Position numbers and translations under genes: made by a program
Origin: an uncultured Acidobacteriota bacterium
GTDB taxonomy: Bacteria > Acidobacteriota > Terriglobia > Terriglobales > Acidobacteriaceae
Reading direction: 5' to 3'
DNA: 64,000 nt
Assembly (NCBI GenBank): GCA_963754885.1
Contig: CAVWHT010000041.1
Location: forward strand, 24,441-88,440
The notes under the pieces: generated by a model
Seen by the model: the letters and a program-made list of their open reading frames with translations, nothing else
What the model was told of the DNA's origin: nothing
The model's database searches: none
Shown: positions 1 to 10,077 of the stretch, one piece after another
Numbering within the stretch: the stretch's first letter is position 1
How the letters are laid out: every line of letters begins with the position of its first letter

Positions 1-721
1 GCAGCACGCGATCGGAGAAGACGTGCGGATGCGGATTGCAGCGCTCGCCCGAGATGGCATTCACGGCTTCGACATATTCGGATCCAAGGTCGTAGAGAAC
101 TTTGCTGACGAGTCCCACGGCTTCGTTTTCGCGCAGGCCCGGCTTCATGGCGCGATAGAGTTCGTCATAAGCGGCGTCGACCATCATCGCGGAAGTGTTG
201 AGCAGCGCGATTTCGTCTTGGGTCTTGATGACGCGGGCCTCGGACATCAACTGCTGGCCGTCAACGACTTCGATTCCTTCGCGCTGGAGCGCAAACAAGA
301 CCGGCAGTTCGATGATGTCGATGCCGACCGGCTCTTTGTGCAGGCCGCGCTTTTCGAGTTCGATGCGAATCTTTTTGGCGACATCTTCGGCGCGGCCCAT
401 CTCCGGCGTCATCGCGCCACGGAGCATGGAGATGCCCGGGCGCGATCGCTCACCGAGCCACGGACAGTTGAGCTGATGATGTTTGGCGGCGGAGCCGAAG
501 TCCCACAGGATGGGCTCATCATTTTGCGGCAGCAGCGTAAAGCGGTTGGCCTTGTCCTGCGCCCAGGTGCCGATGTGCGTGGCCGTGAGGTAGCGGACGT
601 TGTTCATGTCGAAGCAGAGCAACGAGCCCATTGAGGATTTGGCGAGAAGATCTTTGGCCTTTTGCAGGCGTTCGCGGCGGAGGCGGTCGAAGTCGATTCG
701 TTGCTCCCAATCGACCGCCAT
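1..721 (-). CDS. M24 family metallopeptidase (Xaa-Pro peptidase / creatinase-like), 5' part only; gene continues past window start
   Basis: Absent from the ORF track because it has no stop in the window. Manual - strand translation from ATG 721..719 gives MAVDWEQRIDFDRLRRERLQKAKDLL...IKTQDEIALLNTSAMMVDAAYDELYRAMKPGLRENE. This is the creatinase/prolidase N-domain plus the start of the pita-bread fold. Track ORF 23..634(+) is its antisense shadow. Confidence 0.75.
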   Translation of the reverse strand, partial: MAVDWEQRIDFDRLRRERLQKAKDLLAKSSMGSLLCFDMNNVRYLTATHIGTWAQDKANRFTLLPQNDEPILWDFGSAAKHHQLNCPWLGERSRPGISMLRGAMTPEMGRAEDVAKKIRIELEKRGLHKEPVGIDIIELPVLFALQREGIEVVDGQQLMSEARVIKTQDEIALLNTSAMMVDAAYDELYRAMKPGLRENEAVGLVSKVLYDLGSEYVEAVNAISGERCNPHPHVFSDRVL

Positions 722-772
722 GGTTCCATGAGTTCTTAATGCCATAAATCTGCTCCTAGCTGCTAGCTTCGG

Positions 773-820
773 CCGAGGGCGCGACGCCCTCGGGACAGCC
801 GCCGGGACGGCGGCGCTACA
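773..820. repeat. REP-like GC-rich double hairpin (family CGGGACGGCGGCGCTAC)
   Basis: ccgagggcg-cga-cgccctcgg (773..793, 9 bp) then gccgccg-gga-cggcggc (798..814, 7 bp). Related copies at 45993..46042 and 48581..48607. It lies just past the stop of the - strand E1-beta gene and may also act as its terminator. Confidence 0.7.
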
Positions 821-829
821 TTTACCGCG

Positions 830-1816
830 CTACGATTTGCCGCACATCTTTCTCGCGGCTTCACATATTGTTTCTTCGGTTGGCACCGTCACGTCTTCCA
901 GCGGCGGAGAGAACGGGATTGGAACGTGCATTGCTCCCATCCGCTTCACCGGCGCATCGAGGTCATAGAACGCGCCTTCGGCGATCACTGCTGCTAACTC
1001 GGCAGCGACTCCATACCGGCCATACCCTTCATCCATGACAATGACGCGAGAAGTTTTCTTCGCCGAGTCAATGATAGTCTTCTCGTCGAGCGGCCAGGTA
1101 GTGCGCGGGTCAACGACCTCTGCGCTGATGCCTTCTTTTTCGAGCAGAATCGCGGCTCCCAGAGCAACCTGCACCATGCTGCTGGTCGCGACCAGAGTGA
1201 TGTCTTCGCCTTCGCGCTTCACGTCGGCCACACCCAGTGGAATCGTGTAGTCTTCCGCCGGAACCGGGCCTTTCAGCTTGTACATCATCTTGTCTTCAAA
1301 AAAGATTACCGGGTTCTCGTCGCGGATTGCGGTCTTGAGCAAACCCTTCGCGTCGTAGGGTGTTGAAGGCAGCACGACTTTCAATCCGGGCACGTGGCTG
1401 AACCAGGCATGCAGCGACTGAGAATGCTGAGCCGCGGAGCGACGGGTCGCGCCCAGCGTGGTGCGCATGACCATGGGAACGCTCCAGTGTCCGCCAGACA
1501 TGTAATGCGCTTTCGCGGCCTGGTTGACCATTTGATCCATGGTCAACGTGAGGAAGTCGCCGAACATGATGTCGACGACCGGGCGCAGGCCAGTCATCGC
1601 CGCGCCGACTCCGATTCCGGTGAAGCCGGCTTCCGAGATGGGAGTATCGAGCACGCGTTCGGCGCCAAATTCTTCGACGAGTCCGGAAAGAACTTTGAAG
1701 GGCGTTCCGGCTTCGGCCACGTCTTCGCCGAAGATGCAGACGCTCGAGTCGCGGCGCATTTCTTCCGCGAGCGCCTCGCGGACTGCCTGCGCAAAAGTGA
1801 GTTCGCGTTCAGGCAT
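830..1816 (-). CDS. 2-oxoacid (pyruvate/acetoin-type) dehydrogenase E1 component, beta subunit
   Basis: Track ORF 830..1867. Homology-like sequence starts at MPERELTFAQAVREALAEEM (ATG at 1816), overlapping the alpha-subunit stop. Transketolase-like pyrimidine-binding and C-terminal domains are recognisable. Confidence 0.9.
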   Translation of the reverse strand: MPERELTFAQAVREALAEEMRRDSSVCIFGEDVAEAGTPFKVLSGLVEEFGAERVLDTPISEAGFTGIGVGAAMTGLRPVVDIMFGDFLTLTMDQMVNQAAKAHYMSGGHWSVPMVMRTTLGATRRSAAQHSQSLHAWFSHVPGLKVVLPSTPYDAKGLLKTAIRDENPVIFFEDKMMYKLKGPVPAEDYTIPLGVADVKREGEDITLVATSSMVQVALGAAILLEKEGISAEVVDPRTTWPLDEKTIIDSAKKTSRVIVMDEGYGRYGVAAELAAVIAEGAFYDLDAPVKRMGAMHVPIPFSPPLEDVTVPTEETICEAARKMCGKS

Positions 1817-2819
1817 AGATATCCTCGCTGACTTCTTCCGGAGCGGGATAAGGCGCCTCCACCGCAAACTTCACAGCTGATGCCATCTCTTTGCGAGCTT
1901 CGGCCGTGATCCGATCCAGAGCGACTTCATCGGCGAGTTCGCGAGTCAGCAACCATTTCGCGTGCAGCCTGATGGGATCGCGTTCGGTCTTCCAATACTG
2001 CTCTTCCTGCTTGGAACGGTAATACTCACGATTGATGTCGCCCACGTGATGGCCGCTATAGCGATAAGTATCCGCCTGCAGAAATGCCGGGCCTTCGCCG
2101 GCTCTCGCCCGCTGAACCAAGCGGACCGCGATTTCATTCACCGCGCGTACATCTTGCCCATCGACGGTCGTTGCCTGAATGCCGAAAGCGGTGGCGCGGC
2201 CGAGAATGGTTCCTGCCGTCGTCTCAGAAAAATGGGTGTACTCGTTGTAGAGATTGTTTTCGCAGACGTAGATGACGGGAAGCTTCCACAGCTGCGCCAG
2301 ATTCATTACTTCGTAGAGCGATCCCTGGCCCAGGGCGCCTTCGCCGAAAAAACAGACGGCGACTCTGCCGTTTTTCAGCCGCTTTGAGGCGAATGCCGCG
2401 CCGGTGGCGATTCCGACGCTGCCGCCGACGATTGCGTTTGCGCCCAGGTTGCCAGTCGCGGGATCGGCGATGTGCATGGAGCCGCCTTTGCCGCGGCAAT
2501 ATCCCGCTTCTTTGCCGAGCAGCTCGGCGAACATGCGGTCTGGAGCCGCGCCCTTGGCCAGACAATGTCCGTGGCCGCGATGCGTGCTGGTGATGTAGTC
2601 GTCAAGATTCAAGGCTTCGCAAATGCCGACCGCAACCGCTTCTTCGCCGCTGTACAGGTGCGCCAAGCCCGGCATGAGCGCGCGTGTGTAGAGTTCATTC
2701 ACCTGCTCTTCGAACAGGCGGATGCGCACCATCTGGCGATAGGCGCGCACCCATTTTTCTTTCTCGTTGGCGATCATGCTTTCTCGATCCGCTTCCGGGC
2801 TGGAAGTGGTAGTCGTCAC
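1809..2819 (-). CDS. Thiamine-diphosphate-dependent 2-oxoacid dehydrogenase E1 component, alpha subunit
   Basis: 336 aa with a ...HRGHGHCLAKG...FFGEGALGQG... TPP-binding pattern. GTG start at 2819 overlaps the upstream stop (GTGA). Confidence 0.9.
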   Translation of the reverse strand: MTTTTSSPEADRESMIANEKEKWVRAYRQMVRIRLFEEQVNELYTRALMPGLAHLYSGEEAVAVGICEALNLDDYITSTHRGHGHCLAKGAAPDRMFAELLGKEAGYCRGKGGSMHIADPATGNLGANAIVGGSVGIATGAAFASKRLKNGRVAVCFFGEGALGQGSLYEVMNLAQLWKLPVIYVCENNLYNEYTHFSETTAGTILGRATAFGIQATTVDGQDVRAVNEIAVRLVQRARAGEGPAFLQADTYRYSGHHVGDINREYYRSKQEEQYWKTERDPIRLHAKWLLTRELADEVALDRITAEARKEMASAVKFAVEAPYPAPEEVSEDIYA

Positions 2820-3724
2820 TGCTTTGCTCCTCCGGCGGTTACAGGCGTAGTCACGCCTGACATCTTTGCCAGCACGTCGAATACGCAGGCGAAATCATAT
2901 TTGGTCCAGCCCATGCCGCGAGCCGCGGTCAGGAACTCGTTGCTTACGGCCGTGGTGGGCAGAGGCACGTCGAGTTGGCGGCCGAGATCCATCGCCAGCA
3001 CCATGTCCTTCTGCATCATGTTGACATCGAACCAGGCTTCTTCCGGTTGCTGCAGGACGAAGGGGCCGCGATATTGGATCATGGGTGAAGCGATGGCGCT
3101 GTGGGTAAGAACATCGACAGCGACCTCGCGGGCGATGCCGCTTTTCTCGGCGAGCAATACTCCTTCGGAAAAGGCGAGCATCTGGACGGCGAGGCTCAGG
3201 TTGGTCGCGATCTTCATGGAGAGTGCCAGTCCATTATCGCCGACGTGCGTAACCTTGGGGCCGATGTCGAGCAGCAGCGGCTTGATCTTGTCGAATGTTT
3301 CTTTTCGTCCTCCGACCATGACTGACAGCTTGCCTTCCTGAAGCGTGATGACGCTGCCGGAAACAGGAGAGTCCACCATGTCGGCGCCGAGAGCGCGCAC
3401 TTTCGCAGCCAGGGCGCGACTCACGCCAGGACTCACCGTGCTCATATCGATGAAGGTCTTGCCGGCAGTGAGACCGGCGAGCAGGCCGTCGGGTCCTTCG
3501 GCGATGGATTGGATTGCGGCTGCATTCGTAACCATCGCGAAGGTGTAATCGGAGGCGCTGGCGACGGCGCGCGGCGAGTCGGCCCATTGCATTCCTTTTT
3601 CGACGAGCCACTGGGCCTTGGCGCGCGTGCGGTTGTAACCGGTCACGGAGTGACCCTTACTCAACAGCCGGTTGACCATCTGGCTGCCCATGACTCCAAG
3701 TCCGATGAATCCTACTTTCGCCAT
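2816..3724 (-). CDS. NAD(P)-dependent oxidoreductase, 3-hydroxyisobutyrate / 2-hydroxy-3-oxopropionate reductase family
   Basis: MAKVGFIGLGVMGSQMVNRLL Rossmann N-terminus; 302 aa, typical HIBADH-family length. Confidence 0.9.
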   Translation of the reverse strand: MAKVGFIGLGVMGSQMVNRLLSKGHSVTGYNRTRAKAQWLVEKGMQWADSPRAVASASDYTFAMVTNAAAIQSIAEGPDGLLAGLTAGKTFIDMSTVSPGVSRALAAKVRALGADMVDSPVSGSVITLQEGKLSVMVGGRKETFDKIKPLLLDIGPKVTHVGDNGLALSMKIATNLSLAVQMLAFSEGVLLAEKSGIAREVAVDVLTHSAIASPMIQYRGPFVLQQPEEAWFDVNMMQKDMVLAMDLGRQLDVPLPTTAVSNEFLTAARGMGWTKYDFACVFDVLAKMSGVTTPVTAGGAKQ

Positions 3725-3774
3725 CCGCGACTGCCTCCAAAATTGCTTTACTTCGAAATCTACGTAAGAAACAG

Positions 3775-4497
3775 TTAACTGGACTTCACTCCGGGGATTC
3801 GTTTTGCCGGCTGAGCCTGGCTGTCCTCCTTCACTTGCGTCAGATGGGCGCGCATCGCGTCGCGCGCTTTCTCTGCATCATGATGCTCCACGGCTTCCAG
3901 AATTTTCTTGTGATGAATCTGGCCGCGCTCGGGGCCGCCGGGAACGCGAAAGATGCGAAGGCGCTGCTCGCGCAGAAGCCCGACAATGGAATCGAGCAGT
4001 GAAAGAATAAGGGGATTGTCTGCACCTTCCGCGAGGGCCAGATGAAAATCGAGATCGGCCTCGATATAGGCCTGCGGATCCTGGCCGGCGCGATCCATGA
4101 CCGCGACCGCCTCGCGCATCGTGGTTAATTCTGCGTCCTGAATGCGGAGGGCGGCGAGAGCAGCGATCTCCGGCTCGAGGATCGCGCGAACTTCCGCCAA
4201 GTGCGTGGAGCCCTCCGGTTGACCTATCTTGACCATGAGGTCGAGGGATTGGCGGACGGCCTGCGTGGTTCCGTCCGTGATGAAGGTTCCGCGTCCGGAG
4301 TAAGCTTCGACCAGACCTTTTTCGCGAAGGGCCTTAACGGCTTCGCGCACCGCAGTGCGGCTGACTCCGAAGCGCTGGGCGAGTTCGCGTTCGGCGGGAA
4401 GTTGATCGCCCGGCTTCAGACTGCCTTTGACAATAGAATCCTCGATCTGCTGAACGATCTGTTCGTAAAGACGAGAGGTCCGAACGAGTTTGTACAC
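3775..4497 (-). CDS. GntR family transcriptional regulator (FadR/FCD subfamily)
   Basis: wHTH LPAERELAQRFGVSRTAVREAVKALREKGLV plus a C-terminal FCD-like helical domain. The track ORF extends to 4764, but the first ~89 codons are S/R/P-rich. GTG 4497 (G-rich RBS upstream) gives a family-typical 240 aa; ATG 4611 is the alternative start. Confidence 0.85.
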   Translation of the reverse strand: MYKLVRTSRLYEQIVQQIEDSIVKGSLKPGDQLPAERELAQRFGVSRTAVREAVKALREKGLVEAYSGRGTFITDGTTQAVRQSLDLMVKIGQPEGSTHLAEVRAILEPEIAALAALRIQDAELTTMREAVAVMDRAGQDPQAYIEADLDFHLALAEGADNPLILSLLDSIVGLLREQRLRIFRVPGGPERGQIHHKKILEAVEHHDAEKARDAMRAHLTQVKEDSQAQPAKRIPGVKSS

Positions 4498-4614
4498 TGC
4501 GCAGCCCCCTGCCAGGTCCGACGCGAGGCGGGAGGAACAGGCGCGGACGATGGTCCGACTACTATACCGCAGATCCACAGGGGAGGGCCGGGTTAGTTGG
4601 GGAGAAGGCATGGG

Positions 4615-4643
4615 TTGGTACACTGGTATAGTGGTATGACCAC
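4615..4643. promoter_or_regulatory. Candidate GntR-type operator (TGGT-N3-ACCA palindrome plus TGGTA repeats)
   Basis: ttggtacactggtatagTGGTatgACCAc lies upstream of the GntR gene and in the divergent region toward the TonB receptor. It fits the generic GntR (N)yGT-Nx-AC(N)y operator shape. Confidence 0.4.
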
Positions 4644-4911
4644 AATCGCAATGTAACACAGATGAGCCTTGACCTGCAAATCGTACGGCCTGGGCGACAG
4701 AATTTGGGTAGGGATCCTTCGGCTGCGCAACGCTTCGCCTTCGGCGGAGCGTTACTCCGCTCAAGATGACAAAGCGCTAGTTTTGGGTTGGAGAGTAGAC
4801 TCCGACGCGGCGCCGGAATCAGAATAACACCACTTGCCGAAACTGAATTTGCTTGACACTGTTTCGGCGGAGGTGGTATGGCTGTCGGACCAGAAAGAAC
4901 GGAGGGGTTCT

Positions 4912-7900
4912 ATGCAAACCCGTACGCCGTCCCATGTCGGACGGAGGACTGTAGCTATCCGGTCGTTGCTTGCGCTTGTTACTTTACTGTGGTTTTCCAC
5001 CGCCGCTGTGGGCCAGTCGACGAATGGGCGCATTCTCGGCACGCTTACGGATCAGAGCGGGGCCGCAGTATCGGGAGCCTCCGTGGTTGTTACGGACGTG
5101 CAGCGAGGCACCTCGCGCACGGTGACGACCGACGAATCCGGCAACTACGCCGTGCCGAATCTGCAGCCCGGCAATTACAAGATCCATGCCGAAGCGAAGG
5201 GTTTCAAGAGCGTGGAGCGAGTCAACGTTCTGCTCGAAGTCGCCAGTGACGTGCGCGCGGACTTCTCGTTGCAGCCGGGACAGGTTTCGGAGACGGTGAC
5301 CATCAGTGAAGACGTTCCCCTGGTCAACACGACATCGGCTAGCCTAGGGGGCACGCTGAGCAACAAGGAGATCAACGATCTACCGTTGAACGGCCGGAAC
5401 TACGAAAACCTGCTACAGCTGCGTCCGGGCGTGATGCGTTATCCGGGCGGCGGATTCTCGACCACCAGTTCCGACGGCCTGCGCGCCGAGGACAACGCGT
5501 ATTTCGTGGATGGTTTGTTCAATAGCGAGCCTTACTCCGGCCAGGCCATTATTAACGGAGCGGGGATCGCCGGAGACTCGGCCACAATTCTTCCCATCGA
5601 CGCGATTCAGGAATTCAACATCCAGCAGAATTCGCCGGCAGAATATGGGTGGAAGCCGGGTGCGGTGGTGAACGTCGGATTGAAATCGGGGACCAACGAT
5701 ATCCACGGGACGGCGTTTATCTTCGGGCGAGATGGCGCGATGGATGCGCGCAACTTTTTCAATGCCGACCCGAATCCGAAATTGACGCGCACCCTGGAGC
5801 AGTTTGGCGGGAGTTTTGGGGGGGCGTTTATCAAGGACAAGGCGTTCTTCTTTGGCGCTTATGAAGGCCAGCGCTACAACGTGGGGAATTCGTTCGGGGG
5901 AGTGACGAGCCCTTCGATGGTGCACATGACGCCGAACGGAACGTGCTCATTTGGTTTCGCGGGTGACTGCGCGGACAGCATCCCGGATGCGGTCGCCGAT
6001 CTGCTGGAGCCGGCAGCGGCATCTGCTGGGGCCATCGTGAGTCCCGCCAGCCTGCTGGTTGCCGGATGCGCGCTTTCGGGCGGTTCGGTTACGTGCAATG
6101 GCACAGGATTTCCTACGAACAACGCGCAGAGCATCAACATCACGAACGGGTTTAACAACAACGTTCATGTCGACAACTTCGTCGGCAAAGTGGATTACCG
6201 GCTCAACGAGCGGCACAGCATCAGCGGGATGTATTTTTTCGGCAACAACTCGGGAACGGTAGAGGATTTTCCTGAGCTACAGCAGAAATGGCTCTCCGAC
6301 ATTCACACTCGCGCGCAGGTGGTGGGCGGGAACTGGATTTGGACTCCGGGCGCGAAATGGGTGAATGAAGCGCGCGTGGGTTACAACCGTCTGTACCAGC
6401 CCACGTTGCCGGGCGATCTGAACACGCCGGCGTCAGCTTACGGCTTGGACACTGGCGTGAGCGGGCCCTACACGGGCGGGCTGCCGCGCATCGGTTTCGG
6501 CGGATATTTCTTCCCTGGGCTGGGCGGTTTCAAATGGCCGAAATTCCAGGGGCCGGATTCGATCACGCAATTCGTGGATCACGTGTCCTACACGTCGGGC
6601 AAGCACGCGATCACGGTGGGTGGCGAACTGCACTACAACAAGGTGACGAACGCGGCGTACGGCAATGCCCGTGGCAGCATCAGCTTCCTGGGTGGCGTTG
6701 TGAGCGGGACCCCGGCTCCCAACGGGTCGAGCCCGCTGGAAGACTTCTTTGGCGGAGCGCCGCTGAAGTCGACGGTGGAGGTAGGAAACCCGACGCTGCA
6801 CCTGCACAACTGGGCCTACGGGTTGTTTTTCCAGGATGATTACCGGGCCACCAAGACTTTCACCCTGAACTTTGGTGTGCGCTACGAAAACAGCTCGGTC
6901 CCGCAGGAAGCCAACAATCTGCTCGGCAACTTTGATCCGAATGTCGGCCTGGTGCAGGTGGGACATCAGATCAGCAGCCTGTACAAACCGGATCACGCCA
7001 ACTTCGGTCCACGTGCCGGGTTTGCGTGGGACGTGTGGGGCAATGGCCGCACGGTTCTGCGCGCCGGCGGCGGCTTGACCTACGAAACGGTGAACTGGCA
7101 GTCGTTCGTCGCCTTCAACAACGCTTTTGGTCCGGGCAGCGTGCCCACGGGAGCGCCCATCGACGCCGGCGGCGATACGTCCGGTGGAACGATCACTACC
7201 GGAAACGTCACGGTCAAGAACATTGCAAACTATCCTGCGACTTGGGACGCCGCGAACGGCCCGCTTTACGGCGGAAGCACGGTGAACTGTTTCAAGAGTC
7301 CCTGCCCTGTCATGACGGTCGATCGCGGTCTTACGACTCCGTACGTATGGAACTGGACGTTGAACCTGCAGCACGCCTTTACGCCGAATCTGTCGATCGA
7401 GGCCGCGTATGTGGGGAATCGTGGTTCGAATCTGACGGGCATTCGCGATATTAACCAGCCTCCAGTGGGAGCCGGTTGGGGGACTGGCCCCGGAGGCGAA
7501 CTGACGCTGTGCCTGGCCAGTGCTCCGGCCTACAGCAACTGCTTCGTGGATGCCAACAATGGCGAACAGACGCTTGCGCCGTATTACGGAAAGTTTCCGT
7601 ATCTCGCCAACATCTTTCAGATGGGTAACGTCTACAAGTCCAATTACAACGGCCTGCAAGTTACGTTGAACGCGCGCAATTACCACGGCCTGAGCATGGT
7701 GGCGGGTTACACCTACTCGCACGCTCTCGACGATGTGGGCGCGAACTGGGACTTCGGTTATGGCTCCGGCCTGCCGCAGAACGCTCACAACGTGACGGCG
7801 GAGTACGCGAACAGCGATTTCGATATCCGTCACCGGCTGACGCTCTCGCTCACCTACGCCATTCCCGGCCGCAAGGGGTACGGGCAGATGCTCGATGGCT

Positions 7901-8559
7901 GGGAAATCAACTCAATTACAACTCTGGAAAGCCCGCAGTACTGGGGACCGATGGACGAGGGACCGGCCGACGCGGCTGGACTTGGAGCGTTGCCCGTCAG
8001 CCCTCCGGCGAATACTCCGATTCGCTGGAGCTTCTATCGCGCCGGAACGGCACAGCGCGGCAATCCCTCAGACTTCAAGTCAACCCGCGGGGGGAACGGA
8101 ATTGCCTATTACAAGCCCAGCGCCCTGCCTGCCGGATGTTTGGCTTCGGCAGCGGCGGTGGACGGTAGCGCCGTCGGACCGGAGCAGGCCGCTTTGAACC
8201 TGTTTGGCTGCTATGCGGCGGGTAATTCCGTGATGATGGAGCCCCCGCTCGGGCAGCTTGGAAACATGAGCCGGAATATGTTCCAGGATTCCGGCTTCAA
8301 GAACTTCGATTTCTCTCTGGCCAAGAATTTCCACTTTGGAGAAGTCATGCGGCTGCAGTTCCGGGCCGAGTTCTTCAACATTCTCAACCACCCGAACTTC
8401 GCCAACCCGTACGGCGGGCAGAATGGGTATGGCCTGAATGATCCGTCGGCGCCAAACTTCGGCTGCGGTTGCGCTACGCCGGACATCGCGGCAGCGAACC
8501 CGGCCGTGGGATCGGGAGGGCCACGCTCGATTCAGCTTGGCGCGAAGTTCGTTTTCTAG
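4912..8559 (+). CDS. TonB-dependent receptor with N-terminal carboxypeptidase-regulatory-like domain
   Basis: RBS ggagggg 4901..4907 then ATG 4912. Signal peptide ...LLWFSTAAVGQ, then STNGRILGTLTDQSGAAVSGASVVVTD (CarboxypepD_reg), plug, long barrel, C-terminal ...LGAKFVF. Confidence 0.9.
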   Translation: MQTRTPSHVGRRTVAIRSLLALVTLLWFSTAAVGQSTNGRILGTLTDQSGAAVSGASVVVTDVQRGTSRTVTTDESGNYAVPNLQPGNYKIHAEAKGFKSVERVNVLLEVASDVRADFSLQPGQVSETVTISEDVPLVNTTSASLGGTLSNKEINDLPLNGRNYENLLQLRPGVMRYPGGGFSTTSSDGLRAEDNAYFVDGLFNSEPYSGQAIINGAGIAGDSATILPIDAIQEFNIQQNSPAEYGWKPGAVVNVGLKSGTNDIHGTAFIFGRDGAMDARNFFNADPNPKLTRTLEQFGGSFGGAFIKDKAFFFGAYEGQRYNVGNSFGGVTSPSMVHMTPNGTCSFGFAGDCADSIPDAVADLLEPAAASAGAIVSPASLLVAGCALSGGSVTCNGTGFPTNNAQSINITNGFNNNVHVDNFVGKVDYRLNERHSISGMYFFGNNSGTVEDFPELQQKWLSDIHTRAQVVGGNWIWTPGAKWVNEARVGYNRLYQPTLPGDLNTPASAYGLDTGVSGPYTGGLPRIGFGGYFFPGLGGFKWPKFQGPDSITQFVDHVSYTSGKHAITVGGELHYNKVTNAAYGNARGSISFLGGVVSGTPAPNGSSPLEDFFGGAPLKSTVEVGNPTLHLHNWAYGLFFQDDYRATKTFTLNFGVRYENSSVPQEANNLLGNFDPNVGLVQVGHQISSLYKPDHANFGPRAGFAWDVWGNGRTVLRAGGGLTYETVNWQSFVAFNNAFGPGSVPTGAPIDAGGDTSGGTITTGNVTVKNIANYPATWDAANGPLYGGSTVNCFKSPCPVMTVDRGLTTPYVWNWTLNLQHAFTPNLSIEAAYVGNRGSNLTGIRDINQPPVGAGWGTGPGGELTLCLASAPAYSNCFVDANNGEQTLAPYYGKFPYLANIFQMGNVYKSNYNGLQVTLNARNYHGLSMVAGYTYSHALDDVGANWDFGYGSGLPQNAHNVTAEYANSDFDIRHRLTLSLTYAIPGRKGYGQMLDGWEINSITTLESPQYWGPMDEGPADAAGLGALPVSPPANTPIRWSFYRAGTAQRGNPSDFKSTRGGNGIAYYKPSALPAGCLASAAAVDGSAVGPEQAALNLFGCYAAGNSVMMEPPLGQLGNMSRNMFQDSGFKNFDFSLAKNFHFGEVMRLQFRAEFFNILNHPNFANPYGGQNGYGLNDPSAPNFGCGCATPDIAAANPAVGSGGPRSIQLGAKFVF

Positions 8560-8595
8560 TTTTTGCAGTTTTTCGAATCCAATTTTTAAATTTGG

Positions 8596-8625
8596 GGCCG
8601 GACTTATTTCCGTCCGGCCTTTTTC
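8596..8625 (+). terminator. Rho-independent terminator after TonB receptor
   Basis: ggccggac (8596..8603) / gtccggcc (8612..8619) stem followed by ttttt (8620..8624). Confidence 0.65.
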
Positions 8626-8676
8626 ATCGACTGAAATTCGCCTTCGGGCGAGCCTAACTTAAAGGGATCAAAATTC

Positions 8677-9897
8677 ATGACGAATCCAATGCAATCTATT
8701 TTCTTGGCGCTGATTCTTGCGGCGACCGCTATGCCATTGCTGGCGCAAGCGCAGGAGCGGCGCGAGCGCACGATCGAGGAAATCAAGAAGGAGGCCATTC
8801 ATCGAGCGGAGGTGGGGCAGTATCCGCTGATCGGGCTCGACCCCGCGGACGTTAAAGAAGCGTTTGAGAGCATTCACACAGCGGACAAAGATGAATGGGC
8901 GGCTGGGTTCATGCACGTTGCCGACCGCTATTTCAACGAGGCGAAGTCACTAGAGAAGACCGATCCCGCGAAAGCGAATGCCGACTACATCCGCGCCTGG
9001 CGGCTGTATTCGTTCGGGCGCTGGCCGATTCCATCCTCTCCGGGCAAGCAGCGTTCGTATGAGAAGGCGCTCGAGGCGTTTCTGGATCACGCCAAGTTCT
9101 ACGACCCGCCGCTGGAAGTCGTACACATTCCATTTGAGGGTAAGGAGATCATCGGATACCTGCGGCTGCCGAAGAATGCCGAAGGTCCGGTGCCGCTCGT
9201 GATCGCGGTCAACGGGCTTGATAGCCGCAAGGAAGATTTGACGGAAAGCTTTGGAGCAATCCTACCGTTTGGGATTGGATTTCTCGCGGTGGATGGTCCG
9301 GGCACGGGACAGGCTCCGATCAAAGTCAGCGAGACGTCGGAACGCATGCTGTCGAAGGTCATCGATTATGCGCAGTCGCGTCCGGAAATCGACAAGAACC
9401 GCATCGCGCTGCACGGCGTGAGTTGGGGTGCGTACTGGGCCACGAAAATGGCGATCGTGGAGCGCGGCCGCCTGCGCGGATGCAGCGCGCAATCGCCTCC
9501 GGTGGATGGCTTCTTCCAGAAAGATTTCCTGATGAACCATCTGCTCGGCAACCGCGAATATCTCTTCGATCAGGTGCCGGCGCTGATGAATATTCTCGAA
9601 GGGGTGCACTCGCTGGATGAGATGGCTGAGTATCTGCCGAAAATGTCGCTGGTGCATCAAGGCCTGTTGGGCAAGCCGATGGCGCCGATGTTGGTGATCG
9701 CCGGAGTGCTCGACACGCAGGTTCCGATCGCCGATGAATATCTGCTGCTCAGCAAAGGCGACGTACCCAAGGACGCGTGGGTGAATCCACAAGGCGGACA
9801 CTTGGGACGGCAAGTCGGAGTGTGGCCCGATCCGCTGATCTTCAAGCAGGTCATCATCCCGTGGCTGGTTAAAAAACTGGAAGCCCCGGCCAACTAG
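8677..9897 (+). CDS. Secreted alpha/beta hydrolase (FrsA/dienelactone-hydrolase-like esterase)
   Basis: Signal peptide MTNPMQSIFLALILAATAMPLLAQA. The core contains the nucleophile-elbow-like HGVSWGAYWA motif; 406 aa. Confidence 0.8.
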   Translation: MTNPMQSIFLALILAATAMPLLAQAQERRERTIEEIKKEAIHRAEVGQYPLIGLDPADVKEAFESIHTADKDEWAAGFMHVADRYFNEAKSLEKTDPAKANADYIRAWRLYSFGRWPIPSSPGKQRSYEKALEAFLDHAKFYDPPLEVVHIPFEGKEIIGYLRLPKNAEGPVPLVIAVNGLDSRKEDLTESFGAILPFGIGFLAVDGPGTGQAPIKVSETSERMLSKVIDYAQSRPEIDKNRIALHGVSWGAYWATKMAIVERGRLRGCSAQSPPVDGFFQKDFLMNHLLGNREYLFDQVPALMNILEGVHSLDEMAEYLPKMSLVHQGLLGKPMAPMLVIAGVLDTQVPIADEYLLLSKGDVPKDAWVNPQGGHLGRQVGVWPDPLIFKQVIIPWLVKKLEAPAN

Positions 9898-9988
9898 CAA
9901 CGCCTGTGCAGGGACGGACGCAGCCTGCCCTGAGCGGAGCCGGAGTGCTGGATGTTCTTCCTGTTGTCCAACCTCCGAGTCGTTATTT

Positions 9989-10027
9989 AAAAAAGCTTGG
10001 GGCCACGGTTGTAATCTGAGGCCCCAA
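9989..10027 (-). terminator. Rho-independent terminator of the beta-helix gene
   Basis: ttggggcc (9997..10004) / ggccccaa (10020..10027) stem. On the - strand it is followed by GC-TTTTTT (the + strand A-run 9989..9994). Confidence 0.6.
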
Positions 10028-10077
10028 AATACGCCGCACCTTCCGGCGTCGGTCTTAGTTCCGAATTCTGATTCGAA

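Noticed and set aside
6433-7833. 466-aa - strand ORF
   Set aside because: Antisense shadow inside the TonB-dependent receptor.
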